In this document: positions 1-6,886 of the stretch, piece by piece | Numbering within the stretch: the stretch's first letter is position 1 | Layout: every line of letters begins with the position of its first letter | Source of the DNA: a candidate division FCPU426 bacterium | GTDB lineage: Bacteria; Oederibacteriota; JAAXVQ01; JAUVAV01 | Direction of reading: 5' to 3' | Length of the DNA stretch: 18,478 bases | Assembly: GCA_030637655.1 (NCBI GenBank) | Contig: DAOWGI010000116.1 | Location: 1 to 18,478 of the forward strand | The notes under the pieces: model-generated | What the model was told of the DNA's origin: nothing | The model's input: the letters and a program-made list of their open reading frames with translations, nothing else | Database searches by the model: none | Program-made: the position numbers and the translations under genes

Positions 1-87
1 CGGCAATCATTAAGCCGGGATCCAGTGACTTTAAAGCATTTAAAGATCAAAGCCACTGGATTCCTGCTAAAAACATGCAGGAATGAC
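1..87. repeat. GTCAT...ATGAC-type REP-like palindromic element, left end truncated by the window
   Basis: Hairpin CGGC(1-4)/GCCG(14-17); stem TCCAGTG(21-27)/CACTGGA(54-60); hairpin ATTCCTGC(60-67)/GCAGGAAT(77-84); ends in GAATGAC. Same architecture as 3891-3966. Confidence 0.75.
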
Positions 88-171
88 GATCTAAATAGAG
101 AAGTACTTTCAGTTAAGGATGTTGCAATATGAGTTACAATCCGCCAAAACAGATAGTAAATAAAAGAGGGC

Positions 172-200
172 TTGACAAGCCAAGTTGTGGTCTTTATTAT
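172..200 (+). promoter_or_regulatory. sigma70-type promoter for the GNAT gene
   Basis: TTGACA(172-177), 17-nt spacer, TATTAT(195-200). Confidence 0.7.
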
Positions 201-340
201 TGGCGTAATTTTAATGAAAAAATATTCATGAAAACTATTTTGTTTGAAATTTATTCTTAAATAAAAACATCTGTTTTTTCAAAGCGTATGTGTAAGCGGG
301 CTTGGTTGCGGTCAAAACGAGAAGAGGAAAGGATTTGAAT

Positions 341-1462
341 ATGCTTACAATTAAAGAGATTCATTCCAAAAAAGAAATTAAGGATTTTATTACCTTTGCC
401 TGGCAGATTTATAAAAATGATCCTAACTGGGTTCCGCCTTTAATTATGGATACCATGAATATGATGGACAAACAGAAATCCCCGTTTTTCAAGTTTAGTG
501 AAGCAGCTTATTTCATGGCCTATCGCGACGGAAAACCCGTGGGCCGGGTTACAGCACATGTGAATAACATGCACAATGAGTATCGCAAGGTTAAAGAGGG
601 TTTTTTTGGGTTTTATGAATGCCTGGATGATGATGAGGCAGCTGTGGCGTTAATGAAAGCAGCAGAAGATTGGGTCCGTTCCAAAGGCATGCTAAAGATA
701 ATAGGTCCGGAAAATTTCTGTATTTATGATGAGATCGGTTTTTTGGCAGCCGGCTGGAATGCTGATCCGGCCACGCCGGTAGTGCTGACAACATATACAC
801 CTAAATATTATTTGGACCACATGATCAAAGCGGGATATCAAAAAGAAATTGATTGGTATGCGTTCAAGGTGTCCGATGGTTTTCAGATTAAAGAGGTTTT
901 TCTGAAAATAAAGAACCGGCTGGAGCAACGCCGGGGACTTAAATTCCGGAATATTAATCTCAAACGTCTGGACCTTGAGCTGCCCAAAATAAAACATATT
1001 TTTCGCGATGCCTGGGATGAAAATTGGGGACACTTTCCTATGTCAGATAAACAGTTTGATAATGTTGCCGAGGCCTTAAAAATTGTTGCTGATGAGCGGG
1101 TCTGCTTTATGGTGGAAGATGGTGATAAACCGGTAGCATGTTCAGTATCCCTGCCGGATATCAATCCCTCGGTTAAAAAAATGAACGGGCGCTTTCTGCC
1201 GTTTGGTATTTTTCATTTCCTGGCTGCCAAGAAAAACGCCAAAGGTCTCCGGACTTTTATGCTGGGTGTGGAAAAAGAGTACCGTAATATCGGGATTGAC
1301 ATTGCACTGGTGGTGGAGACTTTTATACATGGTACGGCGGCAGGCTATAAATGGTCCGAATGTTCTCTGATTGTCGAGACGAATACCAAAATGATTGAAC
1401 CCATAAAAAAATGGGGCGGCCATGCCTACAAAACTTACCGCCTGGTAAGCAAGCAATTATAA
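341..1462 (+). CDS. YghO-like tandem-GNAT N-acyltransferase (family that includes bacterial ceramide synthase bCerS)
   Basis: Motifs IYKNDPNWVPPL, GKPVGRV, GFFGFYECLDD, AWDENWGHFPM, LPDIN, LGVEKEYRNIGI, YKTYRL. ATG at 341 follows a purine-rich RBS (AGGAAAGGA) and is preferred over TTG at 302. Confidence 0.8.
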   Translation: MLTIKEIHSKKEIKDFITFAWQIYKNDPNWVPPLIMDTMNMMDKQKSPFFKFSEAAYFMAYRDGKPVGRVTAHVNNMHNEYRKVKEGFFGFYECLDDDEAAVALMKAAEDWVRSKGMLKIIGPENFCIYDEIGFLAAGWNADPATPVVLTTYTPKYYLDHMIKAGYQKEIDWYAFKVSDGFQIKEVFLKIKNRLEQRRGLKFRNINLKRLDLELPKIKHIFRDAWDENWGHFPMSDKQFDNVAEALKIVADERVCFMVEDGDKPVACSVSLPDINPSVKKMNGRFLPFGIFHFLAAKKNAKGLRTFMLGVEKEYRNIGIDIALVVETFIHGTAAGYKWSECSLIVETNTKMIEPIKKWGGHAYKTYRLVSKQL

Positions 1463-1484
1463 CCATTTTATCCCTGAAAATAAT

Positions 1485-1511
1485 TGGAACCTTTTTCTGT
1501 TCTCAGACGTA
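1485..1511 (+). promoter_or_regulatory. candidate ECF-sigma promoter
   Basis: TGGAAC(1485-1490), 17 nt, CGTA(1508-1511); matches the generic ECF pattern of AAC at -35 and CGT at -10. Confidence 0.35.
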
Positions 1512-1576
1512 TTCCTTAGATCGGAAATTCAGCGCCTAAAAACTCAAACGATTTATTGGTGAATATTTTTTAATTC

Positions 1577-1610
1577 AAAAAAGGCCTTGTTTTAAGGCCT
1601 TTTTTATTTT
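1577..1610 (+). terminator. intrinsic terminator, probably bidirectional
   Basis: AAAAAAGGCCTT(1577-1588)/AAGGCCTTTTTT(1594-1605), followed by further T. Confidence 0.8.
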
Positions 1611-1635
1611 CTACACTTCTGTCTAATCTCCCTGA

Positions 1636-1661
1636 GAACCTGGCAAATCCCTTAGTGTCTA
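1636..1661 (+). promoter_or_regulatory. candidate RpoE/ECF-type promoter of the lipoprotein operon
   Basis: GAACC(1636-1640), 16 nt, GTCTA(1657-1661); similar to the sigmaE consensus GAACTT-N16-TCTRA. Confidence 0.45.
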
Positions 1662-1662
1662 C

Positions 1663-1701
1663 CCTCGTGAAGCTATTCACTGGCCAGATAGCTTCACGAG
1701 G
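1663..1701. other. perfect 14-bp stem-loop in the 5' leader
   Basis: CCTCGTGAAGCTAT(1663-1676)/ATAGCTTCACGAGG(1688-1701), 11-nt loop. Confidence 0.7.
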
Positions 1702-1755
1702 AAAAAACGAAACACGAAATTCGAAAAAAGATTGATAACCGAAGGGGTGAATGAA

Positions 1756-3120
1756 ATGAAAAAGATACTACTGATGATTTTAAGCGTCACCATATTTACA
1801 ACCGGATGCAGTATGCATGTGTACAAACGGAGTGACTCGCCATACACGCAATATACCCAATACACACCAACGCCGTATCCATATTATATCCCGCAAGAAA
1901 AACCACAACAGTATTCTTTGCCTGTGCAGGAACAATCCAGGACCGCAGCTTTGCCGGCACCGACTCCGCAATATACATCAAAACAGGTGGCAGCACCACA
2001 AGTTATTCACGTAGAATCTGAGCCTGAACCAATAGTGCAGGTGGTGGAAGAGGTTGTGGTTACCACAGCTGCGCCGGATCATATCTGGGTCAGCGCGCAG
2101 GTAATTGCAGATGATATCATTATTCCCGGATTTTATCGCCCCCAGGTACGGGTTGGATTTACCTGGACCAATGGCTATTGGCAGGGCGGTATTTATATCC
2201 CCGGTTTTTGGCGTCCAGTGAAAAAGCATGCTCGCGGCTATATGTGGGTGCCGGGTCATTGGTATGGCGGTCGTTGGGTCAAGGGACTTTGGCGTTATAC
2301 CCGGCGTTCGGGGTATGTTTGGATACCCGGACATTGGAATAATGAAGGTGTTTGGGCACATGGTCATTGGCGTCCCAAAAATCACAGACGCGGTTATGTA
2401 TGGATACCCGGGCATTGGGATCAGCATGAACATTGGAAATTCGGTCAGTGGCGTTTGAAACACCGCCAAGGATATGTTTGGGTGAAGGGACGCTACAATC
2501 GTCATGGTATATGGACTGCAGGTTCTTGGAAGAATGTTCCTAAAGGAAAAGTATGGGTGCGAGGGTATTGGAATCAGCAAGGGGGATGGGTTAAAGGCCT
2601 TTGGCGGGAGCAGTCCCGTCAGGGCTATAATTACAGAAAAGGGCATTATGACCGGAAAGGCCATTGGCAACCCGGCCGGTGGAAACCAAAACAGCGTCAA
2701 CCCAAATATGGGACCGGTACGTATGGCAGAAGCAAAACCAAAGTGATCGTGAACGAGTCTGCGTCCAAACGCTCAAAAATCAAGGATACCGTGGAAAAAC
2801 AGGAAGCACTGAAACAGTATGAAGATGCTGAAGATGAGTTTGAATACCAACAACATCCGCGCGGAGAACATAGAAAAAGCAAGGTAAAAAAAGTGGTTAT
2901 TACCACAGAGAAACGCAAACCCAAAGTGATTATTAAAAAAGACAGAAGAAATAAGAAAGTGGTTATTACCAAAAAAGAGAAGCAAAATAAGCATAAACAT
3001 AAAGACAAATATGGGCAGGAAAATAGAAAGCAAAAGAAAAAGACCGAGGTTATTGTGGAAGAGAAAAAACCGGGCAAATCCGGTAAATCCAAGATTAAAA
3101 AAATCGTTGTGACGAAATAA
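1756..3120 (+). CDS. lipoprotein with WxxGxW (YXWGXW-type) repeats and a Lys-rich C-terminal tail
   Basis: Signal peptide with lipobox MKKILLMILSVTIFTTG-C18; Pro/Gln/Tyr linker; about 15 [WY]xxGx[WY] motifs; charged tail. RBS AAGGGGTG upstream of ATG 1756. Confidence 0.85.
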   Translation: MKKILLMILSVTIFTTGCSMHVYKRSDSPYTQYTQYTPTPYPYYIPQEKPQQYSLPVQEQSRTAALPAPTPQYTSKQVAAPQVIHVESEPEPIVQVVEEVVVTTAAPDHIWVSAQVIADDIIIPGFYRPQVRVGFTWTNGYWQGGIYIPGFWRPVKKHARGYMWVPGHWYGGRWVKGLWRYTRRSGYVWIPGHWNNEGVWAHGHWRPKNHRRGYVWIPGHWDQHEHWKFGQWRLKHRQGYVWVKGRYNRHGIWTAGSWKNVPKGKVWVRGYWNQQGGWVKGLWREQSRQGYNYRKGHYDRKGHWQPGRWKPKQRQPKYGTGTYGRSKTKVIVNESASKRSKIKDTVEKQEALKQYEDAEDEFEYQQHPRGEHRKSKVKKVVITTEKRKPKVIIKKDRRNKKVVITKKEKQNKHKHKDKYGQENRKQKKKTEVIVEEKKPGKSGKSKIKKIVVTK

Positions 3121-3133
3121 GGAGGAAAATGTC

Positions 3134-3547
3134 ATGAGACGCTCATTTTTGTTGGCACTGGGAATTGCCATTCTTTCCGTAAGTATGATTGCCGGTTGCC
3201 GCGGGCCGAGTGGTCCGGTGGGACCGGAAGGTCCGGCAGGTCCTGGTACCCAGACCACCTATCTCTTCCGGATTATGCCCACTGACGCCAGTGGAACGTA
3301 TGCTGCCAATTGTCCGGTAGTTCATGTGGACAATGCCGGAGGCGAGTATTCCACAGTAAGTTGTTATTTGCACTTTGATGGTTTTGCTGATGCACCCTTG
3401 GTGCCATTCACAGATACTGAGACAGATGCCACGACCACCAAATATTTCTGTTCTCTGGAAGACGGCAAGGTCAATTTGGGATGGATAAATAGCGGGACAA
3501 CGATTCCTGCTGTTTTTGATTTGGTGGTTACAGTAGTAAATCCATAA
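3134..3547 (+). CDS. lipoprotein with a short collagen-like Gly-X-Y stalk and a small beta-rich domain
   Basis: Strong RBS AAGGAGG; lipobox IAG-C22; GPSGPVGPEGPAGPG; 13-nt gap after the previous gene suggests an operon. Confidence 0.8.
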   Translation: MRRSFLLALGIAILSVSMIAGCRGPSGPVGPEGPAGPGTQTTYLFRIMPTDASGTYAANCPVVHVDNAGGEYSTVSCYLHFDGFADAPLVPFTDTETDATTTKYFCSLEDGKVNLGWINSGTTIPAVFDLVVTVVNP

Positions 3548-3570
3548 TGGTATTCTAAGGCAAAAGGTGA

Positions 3571-3606
3571 CGTAGTAGGGAACAGTCCTGACTGTTCCCT
3601 ACTACG
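3571..3606. repeat. GTAG-type REP-like perfect palindrome
   Basis: CGTAGTAGGGAACAGTC(3571-3587)-CT-GACTGTTCCCTACTACG(3590-3606), 17-bp perfect arms. Confidence 0.8.
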
Positions 3607-3625
3607 GGGATTGGTTTTATTTTGT

Positions 3626-3854
3626 GTAACATATCAGTGAAGCAAGAAAGACATATGGTCTGCTAATTTATTTTTTCCCAGGGACGCGACTTGCCTCCGG
3701 CAAGTGCAAATTCAAAATTGCCAATCAGCTAAGTTATTTAGAATTTCGTATGCGGCTTGGGTTAGAGCGCGCTTCCCCCTTGGGAAAAAATAAATTAGCA
3801 GACCATATGTTTCCGGGTTATTTGACAAAACACAGCACTTCACTGACCTGTTAC
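3626..3854. mobile_element. non-autonomous MITE-like cassette A with IS66-type GTAAC ends
   Basis: Terminal inverted repeats GTAACATATCAGTGAAG(3626-3642)/CTTCACTGACCTGTTAC(3838-3854), 15/17 match; flanks TATTTTGT(3618-3625) and CATTTTGT(3855-3862), 7/8 direct repeat. Confidence 0.7.
3651..3810. repeat. 160-bp element with perfect 30-bp inverted repeats, nested in cassette A
   Basis: ACATATGGTCTGCTAATTTATTTTTTCCCA(3651-3680) is the exact reverse complement of 3781-3810; inner hairpin ACTTGCC(3689-3695)/GGCAAGT(3699-3705). Confidence 0.85.
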
Positions 3855-3862
3855 CATTTTGT

Positions 3863-4001
3863 GTAACATGTCAGTTATGGTTTTTTTTGTTTGTCATCCC
3901 CGAATGTTTGTATCGGGGATACGGTTCAAAAAACCAGATTCTCGATTAAACCCTCGGGAATGACAATCTTTGTTTAACTGCGCAGTTCACTGCCTGTTTC
4001 C
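3863..4001. mobile_element. degenerate cassette B with IS66-type ends, in tandem with cassette A
   Basis: Left end GTAACATGTCAGT(3863-3875) is near-identical to the left end of A; right end TTCACTGCCTGTTTCC(3986-4001) is a decayed copy of TTCACTGACCTGTTAC; flanked by identical CATTTTGT at 3855-3862 and 4002-4009. Confidence 0.55.
3891..3966. repeat. GTCAT...ATGAC-type REP-like element nested in cassette B
   Basis: Termini TTGTCAT/ATGACAA; hairpins ATCCCCGA/TCGGGGAT and TTCTCGA/TCGGGAA; central GGTT/AACC stem. Confidence 0.8.
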
Positions 4002-4047
4002 CATTTTGTTCAATTTCAACTTGTTTTTCCAGTCTTTTTTATTTATA

Positions 4048-4109
4048 GTAGGATCGCATGGCATGCGCCCAATCAACCTAACAGTATGGGCGTATTGCAT
4101 ACGCTCTAC
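4048..4109. repeat. inverted doublet of GTAG-type REPs (REPIN-like)
   Basis: GTAGGATCGCATGGCATGCGCCC(4048-4070) and GGGCGTATTGCATACGCTCTAC(4088-4109), each with an internal palindrome, GTAG/CTAC at the outer ends. Confidence 0.65.
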
Positions 4110-4137
4110 AAAGAACAGGAAGGTAGTGGAGAAAAAT

Positions 4138-5916
4138 ATGGAATTTAGTATGAAATTCAAACGAACCCATCATTGCACGGCCTTGCGCAAAAGTGATGTT
4201 GGAGCAGAAGTGGCGCTGGCCGGTTGGGTGGATTCCAACCGTGATCACGGCGGGCTGATTTTTATTGATTTGCGGGATCGGGAGGGAATTACTCAATTGG
4301 TTTTTGATCCCACGGAAGCTAAGGCGGAACATGAGACAGCCTCACATCTGCGCAGTGAATTTGTTATATTAGCCAAAGGCCGTGTGACCGCCAGAACAGC
4401 AGAAACTATAAATCCGAAATTACCGACCGGTGAGATCGAAATTCGCGTTTCTGAACTGCAAGTGCTAAATCGGGCTAAAACTCCGCCTTTTAGAGTGGAA
4501 GATGAAGTAAGCGTATCTGAGGATCTGCGCTTAAAATACCGATATCTTGATCTGCGGCGAAGAAAAATGCAGGAAAACCTGCGTTTGCGTCATAATATTG
4601 TCAAAACCACCCGGGATTATTTGGATGAAAAAGGTTTTTTGGAAGTAGAGACTCCGTATCTGCTTAAAAGCACACCGGAAGGCGCGAGGGATTATATTGT
4701 TCCTTCCCGTATCTATCCGGGTCATTGTTTTGCCTTGCCGCAATCTCCGCAAATGTTGAAACAGATTCTCATGGTTTCCGGCTGTGATAAATATTTTCAG
4801 ATTGCGCGTTGTTTCCGGGATGAGGATTTACGAGCTGACCGCCAACCTGAGTTTACCCAGATTGATCTGGAAATGTCATTTGTGGATATTGATGACATGC
4901 TAAGCATTGCCGAAGGTATGCTGGAAAATATTTTTAAGGCAGCCAAACTTCCGGCCCTGGCAACACCCCTGCCGCGTATCTCCTACCAGGAAGCCATGGA
5001 ACGTTTTGGCTGCGATAAACCGGATCAACGCTTTGGTATGGAATTGAAGGATATTACAGATCTTGCCAGTCAGGCGGAATTCAAAGTTTTCGCGGAAGTG
5101 GTAAAATCCGGCGGTTTTGTGAAGGGATTGTGTGTTCCTCAGGGGTCTTCTTTCTCTCGTATGGAAATTGATAATTTAATTGCCATGTCGCAAAAATTCG
5201 GCGCCCAAGGTATGGCCTGGTTCAAAGTGACTGAACAGGGATTGGAATCGAATTTGACCAAGTATTTCAAGTTGGAATTACTTGAAGCCCTAAAAGAACG
5301 TCTGCAAGGTAAACCGGGTGATTTGCTGGTCTTTATTGCAGACAAGCCGGCTATAACGCATGCTGTGTTGTCTCGTTTACGTCTGCATTTAGGCGATAAA
5401 TTGAACCTGATTCCAAAAGAGGAGAACCACTTAGGCTGGGTGGTGGATTTTCCGCTTTTCAAATATGATGAGGCCAACCGCTGCTGGGATCCGGAGCATC
5501 ATCCTTTTACTGCTCCTTATCCGGAGGATATTTCCCTATTAGATTCAGATCCTAGTAGAGTCCGTTCCTTGAGTTTTGACTTGGTTCTCAATGGAGTGGA
5601 GATTGCTTCCGGGAGTATTCGTATCCATCACTCTGCCCTACAATCCAAGATATTTGATTTAATAGGCATCAGCGACGAGGAAGTAAAAATAAAATTTGGG
5701 TTTTTAATAGAGGCTTTTGATTACGGCGCTCCACCGCATGGCGGCATGGCTATTGGTTTGGATCGTCTGGTCATGCTGTTAGCTGGGGAACATACCATTC
5801 GTGATGTGATCGCTTTCCCGAAAACTCAAAGAGCTCAGGATTTGCTCAGCCAAGCCCCGAGTAAGATGCATCAGGATCAATTGCAGGAGCTCAGTCTGAA
5901 AGTTATGCTGGACTGA
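4138..5916 (+). CDS. aspS: aspartate--tRNA ligase, possibly non-discriminating Asp/Asn type
   Basis: KRTHHC, RDHGGLIFIDLRD, RLKYRYLDLRR, STPEGARDY, ALPQSPQ, FRDEDLRADRQPEFTQIDLEMSF, HHPFT, GAPPHGG, IRDVIAFPKT. GGAG RBS at 4128-4131 supports ATG 4138 (alternative 4150). Confidence 0.97.
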   Translation: MEFSMKFKRTHHCTALRKSDVGAEVALAGWVDSNRDHGGLIFIDLRDREGITQLVFDPTEAKAEHETASHLRSEFVILAKGRVTARTAETINPKLPTGEIEIRVSELQVLNRAKTPPFRVEDEVSVSEDLRLKYRYLDLRRRKMQENLRLRHNIVKTTRDYLDEKGFLEVETPYLLKSTPEGARDYIVPSRIYPGHCFALPQSPQMLKQILMVSGCDKYFQIARCFRDEDLRADRQPEFTQIDLEMSFVDIDDMLSIAEGMLENIFKAAKLPALATPLPRISYQEAMERFGCDKPDQRFGMELKDITDLASQAEFKVFAEVVKSGGFVKGLCVPQGSSFSRMEIDNLIAMSQKFGAQGMAWFKVTEQGLESNLTKYFKLELLEALKERLQGKPGDLLVFIADKPAITHAVLSRLRLHLGDKLNLIPKEENHLGWVVDFPLFKYDEANRCWDPEHHPFTAPYPEDISLLDSDPSRVRSLSFDLVLNGVEIASGSIRIHHSALQSKIFDLIGISDEEVKIKFGFLIEAFDYGAPPHGGMAIGLDRLVMLLAGEHTIRDVIAFPKTQRAQDLLSQAPSKMHQDQLQELSLKVMLD

Positions 5917-5981
5917 TAGGTCTAAAAAAACGGTATTTTATGATTTAATAATAATCTAACCTGCCGTAAATTAAGTAAGAC

Positions 5982-6009
5982 TTGACAAAAAGGAACCGTA
6001 CATGATACT
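5982..6009 (+). promoter_or_regulatory. sigma70-type promoter for the LysM gene
   Basis: TTGACA(5982-5987), 16 nt, GATACT(6004-6009). Confidence 0.5.
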
Positions 6010-6181
6010 TTACACAAAACATTTATTTTATTATACAGAGGATTTAATATCCTATGTGCAGGAAACAAAAAGGAAACCAGTTTGGTGTTGCCGGGTAGTC
6101 AGAGTATTGTTTTAAACTAGGTTTTATAGGTGGTTCTCAAGAAGGAAAACCACCCTAATACTGGAAGGAGGTGAAAAACGT

Positions 6182-6607
6182 ATGCAGTTCAATGAAATGG
6201 TTAAATTGTCAGTGGTAGCGGTTTTGGTAGGTGGAATGGTGGGGATGGTTGGTTGCGCTGGAACACAAGAGGTGCAACCGGAACTAACTCCAGTTATGGA
6301 AGCAGCACCTGAGCCGGAACCAGAACCAGAACAGGAGATGCAGCGGTACACTGTTATGCAGGGTGATACACTCTGGGATATTTCCGGGAATGCGGATATC
6401 TATGGAGACAACTTCCAGTGGCCCTTGGTTTTCAAAGCCAACCGCGACCAGATCGAGGATCCTGATATTATTGAAATTGGTCAGGATTTAGCGATTTCAC
6501 GTGAGTTTACACAGGAAGAAGTGGAAATGGCGATCGAAAATGCCAAAAGAACTCCGCGCTATGTGCCACACACCACACCGCGTCGGACCTTGCCGATCGA
6601 GTACTAG
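6182..6607 (+). CDS. LysM peptidoglycan-binding lipoprotein
   Basis: RBS AAGGAGGTGA; lipobox MVG-C25; PEPEPEPE linker; LysM motif YTVMQGDTLWDIS...QWPLVFKANRDQIEDPDIIEIGQDL. Confidence 0.9.
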   Translation: MQFNEMVKLSVVAVLVGGMVGMVGCAGTQEVQPELTPVMEAAPEPEPEPEQEMQRYTVMQGDTLWDISGNADIYGDNFQWPLVFKANRDQIEDPDIIEIGQDLAISREFTQEEVEMAIENAKRTPRYVPHTTPRRTLPIEY

Positions 6608-6616
6608 AAATAACTT

Positions 6617-6657
6617 AGTTAAAAAAAGGGGCCTTCCGTTGGCCCCTTTTTTTAACT
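6617..6657 (+). terminator. bidirectional intrinsic terminator
   Basis: AGTTAAAAAAAGGGGCC(6617-6633)/GGCCCCTTTTTTTAACT(6641-6657), perfect 17-bp arms. Confidence 0.9.
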
Positions 6658-6886
6658 GCAATGCTCCAGGAGCAAGGCCCGGGAGATACTAAATGTATAC
6701 GATTCTGATGAAGGCTGATATAAGGTCAGCCTCAAAGGAGAAGTAGATACCATTTGAGTAACACATTATTACTCTCAGGTTTTTATAGACCAACGCAGTG
6801 CAAAAACCATCAAGCCTATCGAAACTTTCTTTTCAGGGAAGCTATTGCTTCCGTATACATCCCTGAGACTGTCCTGGCTGTATTGT
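6658..6886 (+). ncRNA. candidate structured RNA of unknown family
   Basis: Closing stems GCAATGC/GTATTGT (with G-U), CCAGGA/TCCTGG and ATGTATACG/CGTATACAT; internal hairpins AGGCTGA/TCAGCCT, GAGTAA/TTACTC, GGTTTTT/AAAAACC, GGAAGC/GCTTCC. Confidence 0.4.

Noticed and set aside
214-234. ATGAA-N6-TTCAT palindrome downstream of the GNAT promoter
   Set aside because: Short and in very AT-rich sequence, so likely to arise by chance.
1978-3258. Long minus-strand ORFs (240, 131 and 161 aa)
   Set aside because: Antisense shadows of the low-complexity repeat lipoprotein with no recognisable motifs.
3618-4009. CRISPR-like array
   Set aside because: Only two units of very different length, bounded by inverted repeats; no regular spacers and no cas genes.
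3970-4137. N-terminal extension of AspS shown in the ORF track
   Set aside because: It runs through repeat elements; homology and the RBS start at 4138/4150.
6705-6736. Hammerhead ribozyme core (CTGATGA followed by a stem-II-like hairpin)
   Set aside because: The hairpin is followed by CAAA instead of GAAA, so the catalytic G12 is missing, and stem I does not close next to the core.
6772-6779. Glycine riboswitch (CTCTCAGG)
   Set aside because: The accompanying CCGAAG motif and helix arrangement are absent, and the downstream genes are unrelated to glycine metabolism.
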